Of a DNA stretch of 27,953 nucleotides, positions 16,849-26,373 are shown piece by piece. The notes below the pieces were generated by a model. That model did no database searches. It was not told where the DNA came from and was given only the letters and a program-made list of their open reading frames with translations. Source of the DNA: an uncultured delta proteobacterium (GTDB lineage Bacteria > Desulfobacterota > Binatia > UBA9968). The stretch spans positions 1 to 27,953 of the forward strand of contig CAWJBB010000009.1 in the NCBI GenBank assembly GCA_963840855.1. The letters are read 5' to 3'. Position numbers and translations under genes: made by a program. The first letter of the stretch is position 1; the number at the start of each line of letters is the position of its first letter.

Positions 16849-17880
16849 TTAAGTCTCCAATTCAATCCAGCGTGGTTTGAGCGCCGACGCCTTCGCTGCT
16901 AGCGCGATGCTGAGCACCCGCGCCGCTTCGAACAGATCTTGCTCCGGCTGCGCGCGCCGCGCCAGACAGTTTACGAAATGCCGCATTTCGTCCAAATACA
17001 TTTCATTCGCTTCCCAACCCGTGGGGTTGTTGAAGCATTGCCAGGTTTTCGTGTGCACCGAATACCAGCGCACCTGTCCGGCAATATAGTCCCAATGGAT
17101 CGTTCCTTCATCGCCTATGATCTGGCAGGTGCGGTTATAGGCTCGCTGAATGTAATCAAGATGAATTTCGCCCAAGGCGCCATTTTCAAAGCGCAGCAGC
17201 ACAGCCGCGGTATCTTCCGTGTCGATTTCCAGGCGGCTCAGCTTGCCGGCGAGACAAAACACCCCCGCCACTTCGCCCAAGAGCCAGCGGATGTAATCGA
17301 TCTCGTGAATCGCATCGAGTATCACTCCGCCACCGAGATCAGCACGGGCGCTGTAGGTCTGGCGATAATCCTCCCATGGATGCCAAACTGGGAGGTACTG
17401 GCCCGCTTCGACGCGCCCGGCGATGATCCGTCCAACCCCTCGTTCCGCGAGTAGCCGCTTGACTGTGAGCAGCCCTGGATGAAAGCGCAAGTTGCAGCCC
17501 ACCAGTGAAACCAAATTTTTTTGCCGTGATAGTTCCATAAGCCGCTCAACTCCATCCCAAGAACTCGCCAGTGGTTTTTCGATGAATAAATGAACGCCCC
17601 GCTCCGCCGCTTCGATGGCCAGCGGCATATGCAGCGCCGTCGGTGCCGCGATCACGATCGCATGGGGTTCTCGTCCCCAAGCATCATCGAGGCTCGCCAC
17701 CGTTTCGATGCCCAACTCCGCGTTGACTTCGGCACACCGGTCGGTGCGCGAATCGCAACCGAGAATCTCTCCGGCGCCCAGGGTGCGCAGGTTCTTCATG
17801 TGGCGCCGGCCGATGGAACCGCAGCCAGCTACGACAAAACGCCGCCCCTGTAGTTGACTGAAACTATCCACGGACGCCAT
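16849..17880 (-). CDS. Gfo/Idh/MocA family oxidoreductase
   Basis: GCGSIGRRH, FIEKPLA, GCNLRFHP, GGGVILDAIHEIDY and DTEDTA motifs. Confidence 0.93.
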   Translation of the reverse strand: MASVDSFSQLQGRRFVVAGCGSIGRRHMKNLRTLGAGEILGCDSRTDRCAEVNAELGIETVASLDDAWGREPHAIVIAAPTALHMPLAIEAAERGVHLFIEKPLASSWDGVERLMELSRQKNLVSLVGCNLRFHPGLLTVKRLLAERGVGRIIAGRVEAGQYLPVWHPWEDYRQTYSARADLGGGVILDAIHEIDYIRWLLGEVAGVFCLAGKLSRLEIDTEDTAAVLLRFENGALGEIHLDYIQRAYNRTCQIIGDEGTIHWDYIAGQVRWYSVHTKTWQCFNNPTGWEANEMYLDEMRHFVNCLARRAQPEQDLFEAARVLSIALAAKASALKPRWIELET

Positions 17881-18547
17881 TCACACCCGGCTTGATATAA
17901 TGACCATGCAGCTCCTTACGCAGCAGCCAGGCGCCGATGCGCTCATGCTCCGCTACCCGCGCTTGGAGTTCCTTGGTTGCGTGGTGAGCAGTTAAAAAGG
18001 ATACCGGATGGTATAGCCCAGAGGCCAGAAACGTCGCCGCGTAGTTTTGTTTGTAGGTATAGACTTCTTCACTTTCGAGGTGGTGGTAGCGGACTTGCAA
18101 TTGATTGGCCGGGTAAAAATCACCGATCAGAAGATAGCCGCTGTCGCTCACCAGACGGTCTACCTCAGCGACGGCTCGTAGAAGGCTTTGCCGATCGATC
18201 CAGTGAAACACGAAGTTGACAATGACCAGATCGAATGATTCGCGGAGCGGCACTGTGCTGGCCGTGCCGCGTATGAAAGTGATGAAGGGGAAGCTCGCCT
18301 TGCCGTTGAGCACCGCTTGGGCCGATGGTTCCACCGCCACCGTTTCGGCCCCGGTGCGCTGGTGGATCGCCGCCAGCCTGAAACCGTTGGCCGCACCGAT
18401 CTCCAGCACGCGCTCGGGAGTAAGGCCATAGAGTCTAATTAGCTTGAGCGGTAGGTCCGCCGAGGCATCGAAGGCGTTAAGGGCCCGCCGGTTGCGCTCA
18501 AACCATCGGTCGCCTTCAGAGTCGCTGAAAACCCTATCTTGGAGCAC
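17864..18547 (-). CDS. Class I SAM-dependent methyltransferase (nonulosonate-cluster associated)
   Basis: SEGDRWFERN, VLEIGAANG, AVEPS, FDLVIVNFVFHWID and LLIGDF motifs. Confidence 0.88.
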   Translation of the reverse strand: MLQDRVFSDSEGDRWFERNRRALNAFDASADLPLKLIRLYGLTPERVLEIGAANGFRLAAIHQRTGAETVAVEPSAQAVLNGKASFPFITFIRGTASTVPLRESFDLVIVNFVFHWIDRQSLLRAVAEVDRLVSDSGYLLIGDFYPANQLQVRYHHLESEEVYTYKQNYAATFLASGLYHPVSFLTAHHATKELQARVAEHERIGAWLLRKELHGHYIKPGVNGVRG

Positions 18548-19640
18548 GGGCCGTCCTCTCCGCCGCTGCGGTCATAACGGGTAGACCTTTTGCGCCGACC
18601 AGCTCCCAGGTGAGCGGAGTGCCGCGCTCTATGTCGCTGGTAGCCATGCGGCCCAACACTTCGTCGAGATGGCGCGTATGAAGTCCATAACCGGGCCGAA
18701 TGGAGCGTACGTTGTGCTCGGTGAACATTTGTCCGGCGCGGACGTTATCTACCACGAACAGTGAACGGCGAAAGGCGCGGCTCTTGGCTTCCGCTGCGGT
18801 CAACCCAAAGTCCACGCGACCCAGCACCGTCTCGGCGACACGTACACCGTCCACCAAAGCTTTGAATTCCTGGGGCTCTAGCGAAAAAGCGCTGTCTGGC
18901 CCGGCCAACGAGCGCGACAGCGTGAAGTGTTTTTCAATGACGCAGGCGCCCAGGACAACCGCCGCTAACGAGGCAACGCCGCCCAGCGTATGGTCCGACA
19001 CACCCACGGGCACGCCAAAGGTCTGCGCCAAATGCGGTATCGTGCGCAGATTCATTTCCTCATAGGATGCGGGATAGGCGCTGGTGCACTTGAGCAGCGC
19101 CAATTCGTTGCTGCCCGCGTCTTTGATTACGCGCACCATTTCGTCGATCTCCGCGAGCGTCGCCATGCCAGTGGAGGCGATAATCGGTTTTCCCGTAGCC
19201 GCCACCTTGCGCAAGAGCGCGATGTCGCAGTTTTCAAAGGACGCGATCTTGTGCGCGGAGACATTCATGCGTTCAAGAAAATCCACCGCGCTTGCATCGA
19301 AAGGCGTGGAAAAGAGTTCCAGCCCGATGCGCTGCGCGATCTCCTTCAAGCGCGGCTGCCATTCCCATGGCATAGAGGCCTCGCGGTATAGGTCATAAAG
19401 CGTGCGCCCTTCCCACAAGGTTCCGTCAATGCGAAAGTATTGATTATTGCAGTCGATGGTCAGAGTGTCAGGAGTGTAGGTTTGCAGCTTCACCGCGTCT
19501 GCGCCGGCCTCTTTGGCGGCTTCGACAATCTTCACCGCATGGTCGAAGCTCTGCCCATGGTTGGCCGACATCTCTGCGATGATATAACAGGGATATCCCG
19601 GCCCGATGCGCCGGCCGCCGATTTCGATGACGTGTCTCAT
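18534..19640 (-). CDS. pseI: Pseudaminic acid synthase
   Basis: IIAEMSANH, AVKLQTYTPDTLT, FSTPFD, KIASFE, LKCTSAYPA, SDHTLG, IEKHFTL and C-terminal SAF domain (RRSLFVV...SIRPGYGL). Start ATG 19640. Confidence 0.93.
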   Translation of the reverse strand: MRHVIEIGGRRIGPGYPCYIIAEMSANHGQSFDHAVKIVEAAKEAGADAVKLQTYTPDTLTIDCNNQYFRIDGTLWEGRTLYDLYREASMPWEWQPRLKEIAQRIGLELFSTPFDASAVDFLERMNVSAHKIASFENCDIALLRKVAATGKPIIASTGMATLAEIDEMVRVIKDAGSNELALLKCTSAYPASYEEMNLRTIPHLAQTFGVPVGVSDHTLGGVASLAAVVLGACVIEKHFTLSRSLAGPDSAFSLEPQEFKALVDGVRVAETVLGRVDFGLTAAEAKSRAFRRSLFVVDNVRAGQMFTEHNVRSIRPGYGLHTRHLDEVLGRMATSDIERGTPLTWELVGAKGLPVMTAAAERTARAPR

Positions 19641-19662
19641 GTTCCAGCCGTGTCGCTCACCG

Positions 19663-20166
19663 TTAACTTCCTCGCTGATATACCACGCATTCGCGGTTGG
19701 CGAGGCGTTTGTGTTCGGCCACCGTGAAGCGCGCTTTGGCGAATGCGCGCTGCGACGCTTGATTTTCACTGAGCGCGATTCCCCGTAGCCATCTAACTCC
19801 CAATTCGCGGGCCGCCATTGGCGCTGTCAATTCCAGGAGCAGAGTTCCGAGACCTCTCCCGCGAACAACCGGCGCCACCGAAAAACTGATCTGAGCTGAA
19901 TCAGCGCTGATGCGGTCATAGCGAATCTGACCAACGGGGATCTGTTCACGCTCCATGATCCAAAGCCGGCAATCGGGCGATGCCAACTTTTTTGCGTACC
20001 AGCTTTGATGAACGTCCCAAGATATGGCTTCGGTGTTGAAAGAGTTCGCACGCGTCATCGGATCGTTGGCCCATTGCCAGAGCAAAAAGACATCATCGAC
20101 CACGGCCAGGCGAAGGCTAATTTCGCCAAACATCTGAATGTCGTCCCTCTGCGTTACAATCGGCAT
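19663..20166 (-). CDS. pseH: GNAT N-acetyltransferase, PseH-like
   Basis: WQWANDPMTRANSF, HQSWY, VGQIRYD, RGRGLG and NQASQRAF motifs; lies between pseG and pseI. Confidence 0.75.
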   Translation of the reverse strand: MPIVTQRDDIQMFGEISLRLAVVDDVFLLWQWANDPMTRANSFNTEAISWDVHQSWYAKKLASPDCRLWIMEREQIPVGQIRYDRISADSAQISFSVAPVVRGRGLGTLLLELTAPMAARELGVRWLRGIALSENQASQRAFAKARFTVAEHKRLANRECVVYQRGS

Positions 20167-20168
20167 GG

Positions 20169-21236
20169 CTAGGCCGCCCTTGTACAGTCGCGTTGTAACA
20201 ATGCCGATACCACCCGTTCCGCGCCTTTGCCGTCCACCAGCGCTCTGCCCTTTTGGCTCATGCGCAGGCGGCGAAAAGAAGAAAACAGAAGACCATCCAC
20301 GGTGTTAGCTAAGCGCTCCGCAGAGACCTCAGCGTGCCATCCGAGGTTAAAAACCACTCCAGCCGTTCCGAGCTCTTCGGCGATGCCGCGCTGGTTTTCT
20401 GCGATCACCAGACTCACCGCTGGTAATCCCAAACAAGCGAGTTCCCAGCAGGTACCGCCAGCGGCGGTTATCGCAAGATCAGCCCAAGCCATCAACGGTG
20501 CCATGTCGGAGACCGCGCTCAGCAACTCCAGTCTGCCGGGAAACGCGGCCGCCGCGTCGCGGAGTTCCTCGATGTGCGGATTGGCCGGACCCGCCACCAC
20601 GCGAATTTGTAAACGAGTAGTTTCGAGTCGGCGCAACGCCTCGATGACGTTGAGCGTCACGTTGTCGGGATCGCTACCGCCTAGCGTCACTAGAATCTTG
20701 CGCGCGGTCTCCGGCACGGTGTGCAACCGGCTGCGCCAAAATATGAATTCGCGCCGCAGCAAAGCATACTCCGGTCCCAGCAGGACCACCGCATCGGAAT
20801 TACAGTCATACTTGAGCTCTGCCGCGCCCAGATTTTGGTTCAGCAGAATATCGGCATCGTAGTGCGTGAGGCGAACCGTGTCGTCGATCACCAGCAGGCG
20901 GCACCCGCCGGCGCGCACGGCGCGCTGATAGTCAGAATCAAAATCGTAGCCGTCGAGAACGACGTAGGCCGCCTTCAGCTCCGCGAGGAGCGTCAGCGTC
21001 GATTGAATATCAAGAGGCACCGAGGCGTCGGGCGAGAGCGATAGAAATTCGGCGCCAGCGGCTTGTATCCGTTGCTGCAGAGTTGCGTTGTTACAGCGGC
21101 TCAAAAACCAAACCGGTCCGCCGCGCCCACCCCACGCCTGTGCGAGCGCGAGGCAGCGCATGACATGGCCGCTGCCCATCGCCGGGTTAGCATCAGCGCG
21201 TACCAGTAACGGCGGTAGTTCGTCTGTTGATCCCAT
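20169..21236 (-). CDS. pseG: UDP-2,4-diacetamido-2,4,6-trideoxy-beta-L-altropyranose hydrolase
   Basis: RADANPAMGSGHVMRCLALA, VLDGY, LNQN, LGPEYALLRREF, LGGSDP, AAGGTCWELACLG and DGKGAERV motifs. Confidence 0.93.
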   Translation of the reverse strand: MGSTDELPPLLVRADANPAMGSGHVMRCLALAQAWGGRGGPVWFLSRCNNATLQQRIQAAGAEFLSLSPDASVPLDIQSTLTLLAELKAAYVVLDGYDFDSDYQRAVRAGGCRLLVIDDTVRLTHYDADILLNQNLGAAELKYDCNSDAVVLLGPEYALLRREFIFWRSRLHTVPETARKILVTLGGSDPDNVTLNVIEALRRLETTRLQIRVVAGPANPHIEELRDAAAAFPGRLELLSAVSDMAPLMAWADLAITAAGGTCWELACLGLPAVSLVIAENQRGIAEELGTAGVVFNLGWHAEVSAERLANTVDGLLFSSFRRLRMSQKGRALVDGKGAERVVSALLQRDCTRAA

Positions 21237-22428
21237 AGCTGGTTACGACTTTCCACAAGGCTTCGATAACGTCGTTTGTGTCTTTATCGCTCATGCCGGG
21301 ATAAATCGGCAGGGAGAGAATTTCCTGGTATGCCGTTTCCGCTTGCGGGCAAAGCCCGGGGCGGCTGCCGAAACGCTCGCGGTAATAGGAATGGAGGTAC
21401 ACCGGTAGATAGTGTACATTGACGCCGATGCCTTCTGCTCTCAACGCGGCAAAGACACGCCCGCGGTCGACGCCCAAGCAGTCTTCATTCAGGCGGATCA
21501 CGTATAGGTGATAGGCATGTTTCCGGTCGGAATGCAGGGCGAGCGGTGTCACACCAAGCATGGAGGCGAACGCGTCGTCGTAGCGCCTGGCCACGGCCCG
21601 CCGTCTCTCGATCCAGCCGGAAAGCCGTTTGAGCTGGTTCAGTCCCAATGCGCATTGAATATCGCTCAAGCGGTAATTGAAGCCCAAGTCCGCCATGTCG
21701 TACAGCCACGAACCTTGCTGTCCGCGCTGGAAGTGATTCGAGGTTACGCCGTGACTGCGGAAACAACGCATCTGGTGAGCGCTTTCGAAACTTTCCGTTG
21801 TGACCATTCCACCCTCGCCGGTAGTCATGGCTTTTACAGGATGGAGGCTGAAAACGCTTAGATCCGCCAGAGTGCCCACCGCACGGTCTTTGTAGCTGCC
21901 GCCCAGCGAATGGCAAGCATCGGCTACGAGTCCAAGGCCGTGCTGCCGCGCGATGAACCTGAGCGCGTCATAGTCGCAGGGCTGGCCAGCGTAATCCACC
22001 GCGATAATGGCGCGGGTACGCGCCGTGATCTTGGCGGCCACGTCGGCGCAATCGATTAGCAACGTATCCGGCTCCACATCGGCAAAAACCGGCGTCGCGC
22101 CTTGGTAAAGTACACAATTGGCGCTGGCAACGAAGGTCAGCGCCGGCACGATCACATCGTCACCGGGACCAATGCCGAGGGCGTGCATTGCCGCGTGCAA
22201 CGCCGCAGTGCCGCTGTTTACCACCACCGCTTCGCCCGCATCGACATAGCGCGCGAAGGCTTGTTCAAATTCTCTTACCTTGGGCCCCGTCGTGAGCCAA
22301 TCTGAGCTTAGGGCGTCGAGCACGGCGCGAAAATCCTCTTCGCCAATGGTCTGATGCCCGTACGGCAACATGTGCTGGCGCACCGGCGTGCCACCGTCAA
22401 TGGCAAGGCGGGCGAGACGGTTAGTCAT
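21193..22428 (-). CDS. pseC: UDP-4-amino-4,6-dideoxy-N-acetyl-beta-L-altrosamine transaminase (DegT/DnrJ family)
   Basis: LPYGHQTI, SDWLTTGP, NSGTAALH, DACHSLG, FSLHPVKAMTTGEGG, LGFNYRLSDIQCALG and NVHYLPVY motifs. Confidence 0.93.
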   Translation of the reverse strand: MTNRLARLAIDGGTPVRQHMLPYGHQTIGEEDFRAVLDALSSDWLTTGPKVREFEQAFARYVDAGEAVVVNSGTAALHAAMHALGIGPGDDVIVPALTFVASANCVLYQGATPVFADVEPDTLLIDCADVAAKITARTRAIIAVDYAGQPCDYDALRFIARQHGLGLVADACHSLGGSYKDRAVGTLADLSVFSLHPVKAMTTGEGGMVTTESFESAHQMRCFRSHGVTSNHFQRGQQGSWLYDMADLGFNYRLSDIQCALGLNQLKRLSGWIERRRAVARRYDDAFASMLGVTPLALHSDRKHAYHLYVIRLNEDCLGVDRGRVFAALRAEGIGVNVHYLPVYLHSYYRERFGSRPGLCPQAETAYQEILSLPIYPGMSDKDTNDVIEALWKVVTSYGINRRTTAVTGTR

Positions 22429-22547
22429 GGCAATTCACTCGGCTGGTACTCGGCCAGCACCGTGGACAGAAACTCATTGCCAAAGGAACCGCTGCCGCCG
22501 GTGACCAGAATGACTTTGTCTTTGATCAAATCGTTGATAGCATCCAT
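22425..22547 (-). pseudogene. pseB: pseB remnant (UDP-GlcNAc 4,6-dehydratase N-terminal 40 aa only)
   Basis: MDAINDLIKDKVILVTGGSGSFGNEFLSTVLAEYQP is the PseB/CapD Rossmann start. It ends after 40 aa with an ATGA overlap onto pseC, the usual pseB position. Confidence 0.8.
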
Positions 22548-22822
22548 AAATCTTCTCTCGCGCAACAAGCGTCGGCGCGGCCTTGCTGAGCCGTGGGTCA
22601 TGCTGAGCCACCATTTCCGCGCGGCCCGCCGTCGAAATTTTGACAGCTGGAAGAGCGTTTGACGATTCCAGCGGTGATCGCGACGTACTTCTTCCCTTTC
22701 CGGCAGATGAATGCAAACCACAAGCCAGGAGAAATTAAGAGTGGAGAAGCGAAGCCAGCAGAATGTTGAGGAACAAAGAATTAGGATCTATACAGAGGAT
22801 CCTGGATTCGGGCCGCTTCGCT

Positions 22823-22947
22823 GCCGACCCCGGCATCCTCGACCCAAAGTTCGATGCCTTGCGCTAATTGCGCGCTCCAAGAACAATCTTTCCCTGGTCG
22901 GTAAATTCTACCGCGTTGTCAAGTAAGCGCCAAGCAACTGGTTTGAT
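22823..22947 (-). pseudogene. Histidine-kinase HATPase_c domain remnant
   Basis: IKPVAWRLLDNAVEFTDQGKIVLGAR (N-box), a frameshift near 22872, then QLAQGIELWVEDAGVG (G1 box). Confidence 0.65.
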
Positions 22948-23020
22948 GATCCTTCGCACCGACGCGGAGATTCGCGGCGCCGGCGGGCCATGGGTAGGAG
23001 GATAGGCGCAAGAAGTTAGC

Positions 23021-23516
23021 TCATTCGGTGGAGCGTTGAATCAGCGGATAGCGCAGCGGGTAATGCTCAACCACGAGCTGCAACCCGAGGGAGGAAGCCG
23101 AGTTTATCACCAACGGGCCCTGAAGGTTGACGCTGATATCTTCGATACGCTCGCGAAGTGTGACGATGAGCAGTGCCGAAAGGTGTTCCGCCGAAAGCGG
23201 CGCTCAGGGCATCGAGCATCTCATCGTTCACCGGCACCCGGTAGTCCAAGCCGAGTGAGCGCGGATAAATCAACGCGAAGGAAAGATCCTGGTCGAGGCA
23301 ATTGAGCGTCAAGAACGGCGACTCGCTGCCGTCATCCGGCCGGTATTTTTCAAGCCGGTAGCGGCGCGATTCAGGGAAGCCAAGGATGCCGACAGGAAAA
23401 AAAAGCCGCTGTTCTTCGAGGTGGCGGTCGAGCAACGCACCGGCCACCAGCGCATGCGCGTAACTACTCACCGGTGCTTTCCCCCGTTCCTCGGCGTACG
23501 CGTTTGAAAGCATCAT
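23021..23516 (-). pseudogene. fliW: Flagellar assembly factor FliW, frameshifted
   Basis: FFPVGILGFPE...SPFLTLNCLDQDLSFALIYP in one frame; after an extra base at the TTT 23196-23194 it continues ALLIVTL...ISVNLQGPLVIN...GLQLV..YPLRYPL to TGA 23021. Adjacent to csrA. Confidence 0.88.
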
Positions 23517-23520
23517 CTAT

Positions 23521-23721
23521 TTACCTCTTCTGTTCATGGGCTTTCGCTGCGGCCTGGTTTTCTTCCCGTATCGCCTTGTAAATTTCATCGCGGAGCACCC
23601 GCACTTCGCGAGGCGCATTGATGCCAAGACGTACCTGGTTGCCGTTGACGCTCACCACGGTAACAACGATGTCGTCACCGAGGGTGACGCTTTCACCGGG
23701 ACGGCGGCTGAGTATTAACAT
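23521..23721 (-). CDS. csrA: Carbon storage regulator CsrA
   Basis: [48 protein letters not shown], plus the EENQAAA tail typical of FliW-regulated CsrA. Confidence 0.97.
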   Translation of the reverse strand: MLILSRRPGESVTLGDDIVVTVVSVNGNQVRLGINAPREVRVLRDEIYKAIREENQAAAKAHEQKR

Positions 23722-23730
23722 GGGTTGCGC

Positions 23731-24970
23731 CTAGCGGAGAAAATCGAGCAGGCTCGGCCTGAGCACCTGCGACGCGGATTTCAGGGCCGCATCAAAGGCG
23801 CTTTGGAGTCGGGCAAAATCGGAATAGGCGGTGAGCACGTCGGCGTCTTCGATCCTTGAGCGTTCGCCGAGGGTGCGGAGGCGCAGCACCTCCAGAGAGT
23901 CGGCGGCCAGTTGGGCATGGTTCATACGCGCCCCGGCCTCGGCGCGGAATGTTAGCACCTGATCGATGGCGGCATCGATGCGGCCCAGTTGAACGGCGTA
24001 GCCGTTGACATTGGTCTGGTTCAGCGTGAGCACTGCGGAAGTCTGGGCCAATTGCGTTGAGCCGGCAAAACTTAAATCGGCGGCGGCGACAGTGACATTG
24101 GCAGCGCCATTGACAAGTCCGGTCAACGTAATGTCGGTAAGCGTGCTGGCTCCGGCGTTGAGCGTGCCACCGGGGTTAAACTCCAAAGTCCCCTCGGGAG
24201 CGACCTGGTAGAGATTTCCCGGCGTGCCACCGGTGATCTCGGCGGAGTTCGCCACGACCGGTGTAAAGCCTGCGCCGGCGGCAATGGCGTCGTCGAGGTT
24301 TACCGCCAGACGCATGGCGTTGGGAGCGCTCTGGCCGTTCAGTAAAGCTTCTAGGTCTCGCAATATATCAAAGATTCCCTGGCCCCCCCGGGTACTCCGG
24401 CCGCTTGAAAAACTTCATTGCCGAGAAAATTGATCGGTAATGTGCTCGTGGAGTTGGTTTGAATGCGAATCTCACCGTTGTCACCCGAATAATTCACGCC
24501 GGAGAGAGTTTCCGTGAAGGGCACCGTGCCGTGCAGAAGGGCACCGTGCCGTTGATAAAGCCGCCGAAGAGAAATCGGTTCTCGACCTTGGTATTGGCCG
24601 CCGAAAACAGATGCTCGAAAATTTGGCGCACTTCGCGTCCTGCGGCGCGCCGCTCCACCGGCGAATAGACATCGTTGGCCATCTGCACCGTAAGTTCCTT
24701 TGTGCGCGTCAGCCCTTTTACGACGGCGTCGAACACCGAGTCCGCCTGCTTCAGAAACGGCGAGGTATTGTCGATGTTGCGACCGTACTGGGCAACCGCG
24801 GTCTCGAAACTGCGCAGGTCCATGGCGCGGGTGGCACCGATGGGATCGTCGGCAAGACGATTGATGCGCCGCCCTGAGGTCACGACTTCCTGGGCACGCG
24901 CCAACCTCTGATAGGCTCGCGCCAAGCCGTCGTTCACCTGAATGCCCAGCATCTGTGACGTGACGCGCAT
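23731..24970 (-). pseudogene. flgL: Flagellar hook-associated protein FlgL, disrupted twice
   Basis: N-terminus MRVT...SGRRINRLADDP...ANTKVENRFLFGG and C-terminus RAEAGARMN...SRIEDAD...PSLLDFLR. Broken by a 20-nt duplication (24516-24552) and a frameshift at the G7 tract 24383-24389. Confidence 0.9.
24516..24552. repeat. 17-bp direct repeat with 20-nt period inside flgL
   Basis: gaagggcaccgtgccgt at 24516-24532 and 24536-24552. Confidence 0.92.
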
Positions 24971-24972
24971 AC

Positions 24973-26365
24973 TTACCTCGTCATTTCGATGAGCGCGCCG
25001 TACATCGCATCCGCCGTGCGAACTAGCAGAGAGGACGCTTCGAATGCGCGCTGGAATAGGATCAGCTTGGTCATTTCTTCGTCTATATTGACACCCGACG
25101 CGGACTCCCGTCGCGCCTGGGTTTGGGTCAAAAGCGACTGGCGAAAGTCCAAGCTCATTTGGGCGCTCTCCACTTGCGATCCTAGGTCACCCACCAGAGC
25201 GAGGAAGCCATCCTGTAACGTCAGATTGCCCAGGGACGCGTGAGTAACCGAGCGCAAATTCCCCAGCGCAAGAGCGTTGCGGTTGTCCCCCGGCACCGCC
25301 GTTGCGAGCTGGCCGCCGCGATAAGCCGCGGGTCCGAAGCTAATGCGGGGTTGATTCGCACTAGGCCGGCTCCCGCCACCGCGGGAACGGCCATAAAAAA
25401 ATCACTGCCAGCGGCGCCGTTAAGATCGAACCCGAGAGCGTGCTGGGCGTTGACGGTATTCACCAAAGTAACTGCGATCTGATCGAGCCGGTCGATAATT
25501 CCCTGAATACGGCTGTCGCGCATCTCAAGCAGCGCGCCGATTTTACCCGTTTGAAAAAGCGTCGTGGCGTCAAAGGTGAGACCATCCGGGCTTTGAAACG
25601 TCACCTGGCGGAAGCCCGCGCCGTTGAATGTGCTACTATCCAAGGTAGCCGCGCGCTGGCCGCTCACGAGCAGCAGGCCATTGCTGACAACCGTCACTTG
25701 CCCGTCCGCCTCTTCACGCACCGTGGCGCCGGTGAGACGGACCAGTTCCTGAATCCGCGTTTGGCGTTGGTCGCGAAAGTCATTGGCTTCCGCGCCGCAG
25801 GCTTCGCTAAAGTTGATCTGCCCGTTAAGCGTGGCGATCTGTTCGGTAAGAAGATTGACCCGGTTGGTGATGCTTTCGAGCTCGTTATCGAGATTGCGTT
25901 GCGCCGAAGTCAGGATTCCCGGACTTGGCGCAGGTTTTCGCCCAGGGCGTTGGCCTTGCCGATTACGCTAACCCGTTCAGCCAGCCCGCCGGGATTGTTG
26001 GCCAGGTCCGAGAGTGCACCGAAAAACGCGCTCAGCGCCGCATCAATGCCGCCCGTCGTTGGAAAGACTTCTTGAATTGTCGCCAGAGCTTGGTGCTCGG
26101 CCTCGGCGGTGCCAACATCGCGGTTAAGGGTGAGCAGTTCTGCCTCGACGAATCGGTCTACCACCCGCTGGACACCAGCCACGTTGGAGCCCTGGCCGAG
26201 AAACACGCCGCCTTCGAAAGACGGATACTCGGTAACCAACTCCACTCTCTGACGCGAAAAACCGGGGGTGGCGGCGTTGGCTATATTGTGGCCTACCGTC
26301 TGGATGCCCACCTGCTGGTTTTTCAGCGATTGCGCGGCAATAGAAAGTGTCGCCAGGATACCCAT
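24973..26365 (-). pseudogene. flgK: Flagellar hook-associated protein FlgK, two frameshifts
   Basis: GHNIANAATPGFSRQ, ANDFRDQR, GKIGALLEMRD, VNAQHALGFDLNG, PGDNRNAL and SGVNIDEEMTKLILFQRAFEAS motifs. Single-base losses near 25917 and 25310. Confidence 0.92.
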
Positions 26366-26373
26366 AAAAAATT

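Noticed and set aside
19641-19769. N-terminal extension of the pseI ORF
   Set aside because: Overlaps the GNAT gene; PseI homology begins at ATG 19640.
20160-20175. pseG/pseH junction as a broken PseG-PseH fusion
   Set aside because: Both domains look complete and the GNAT gene has its own ATG 2 nt after the stop; no evidence of a lesion.
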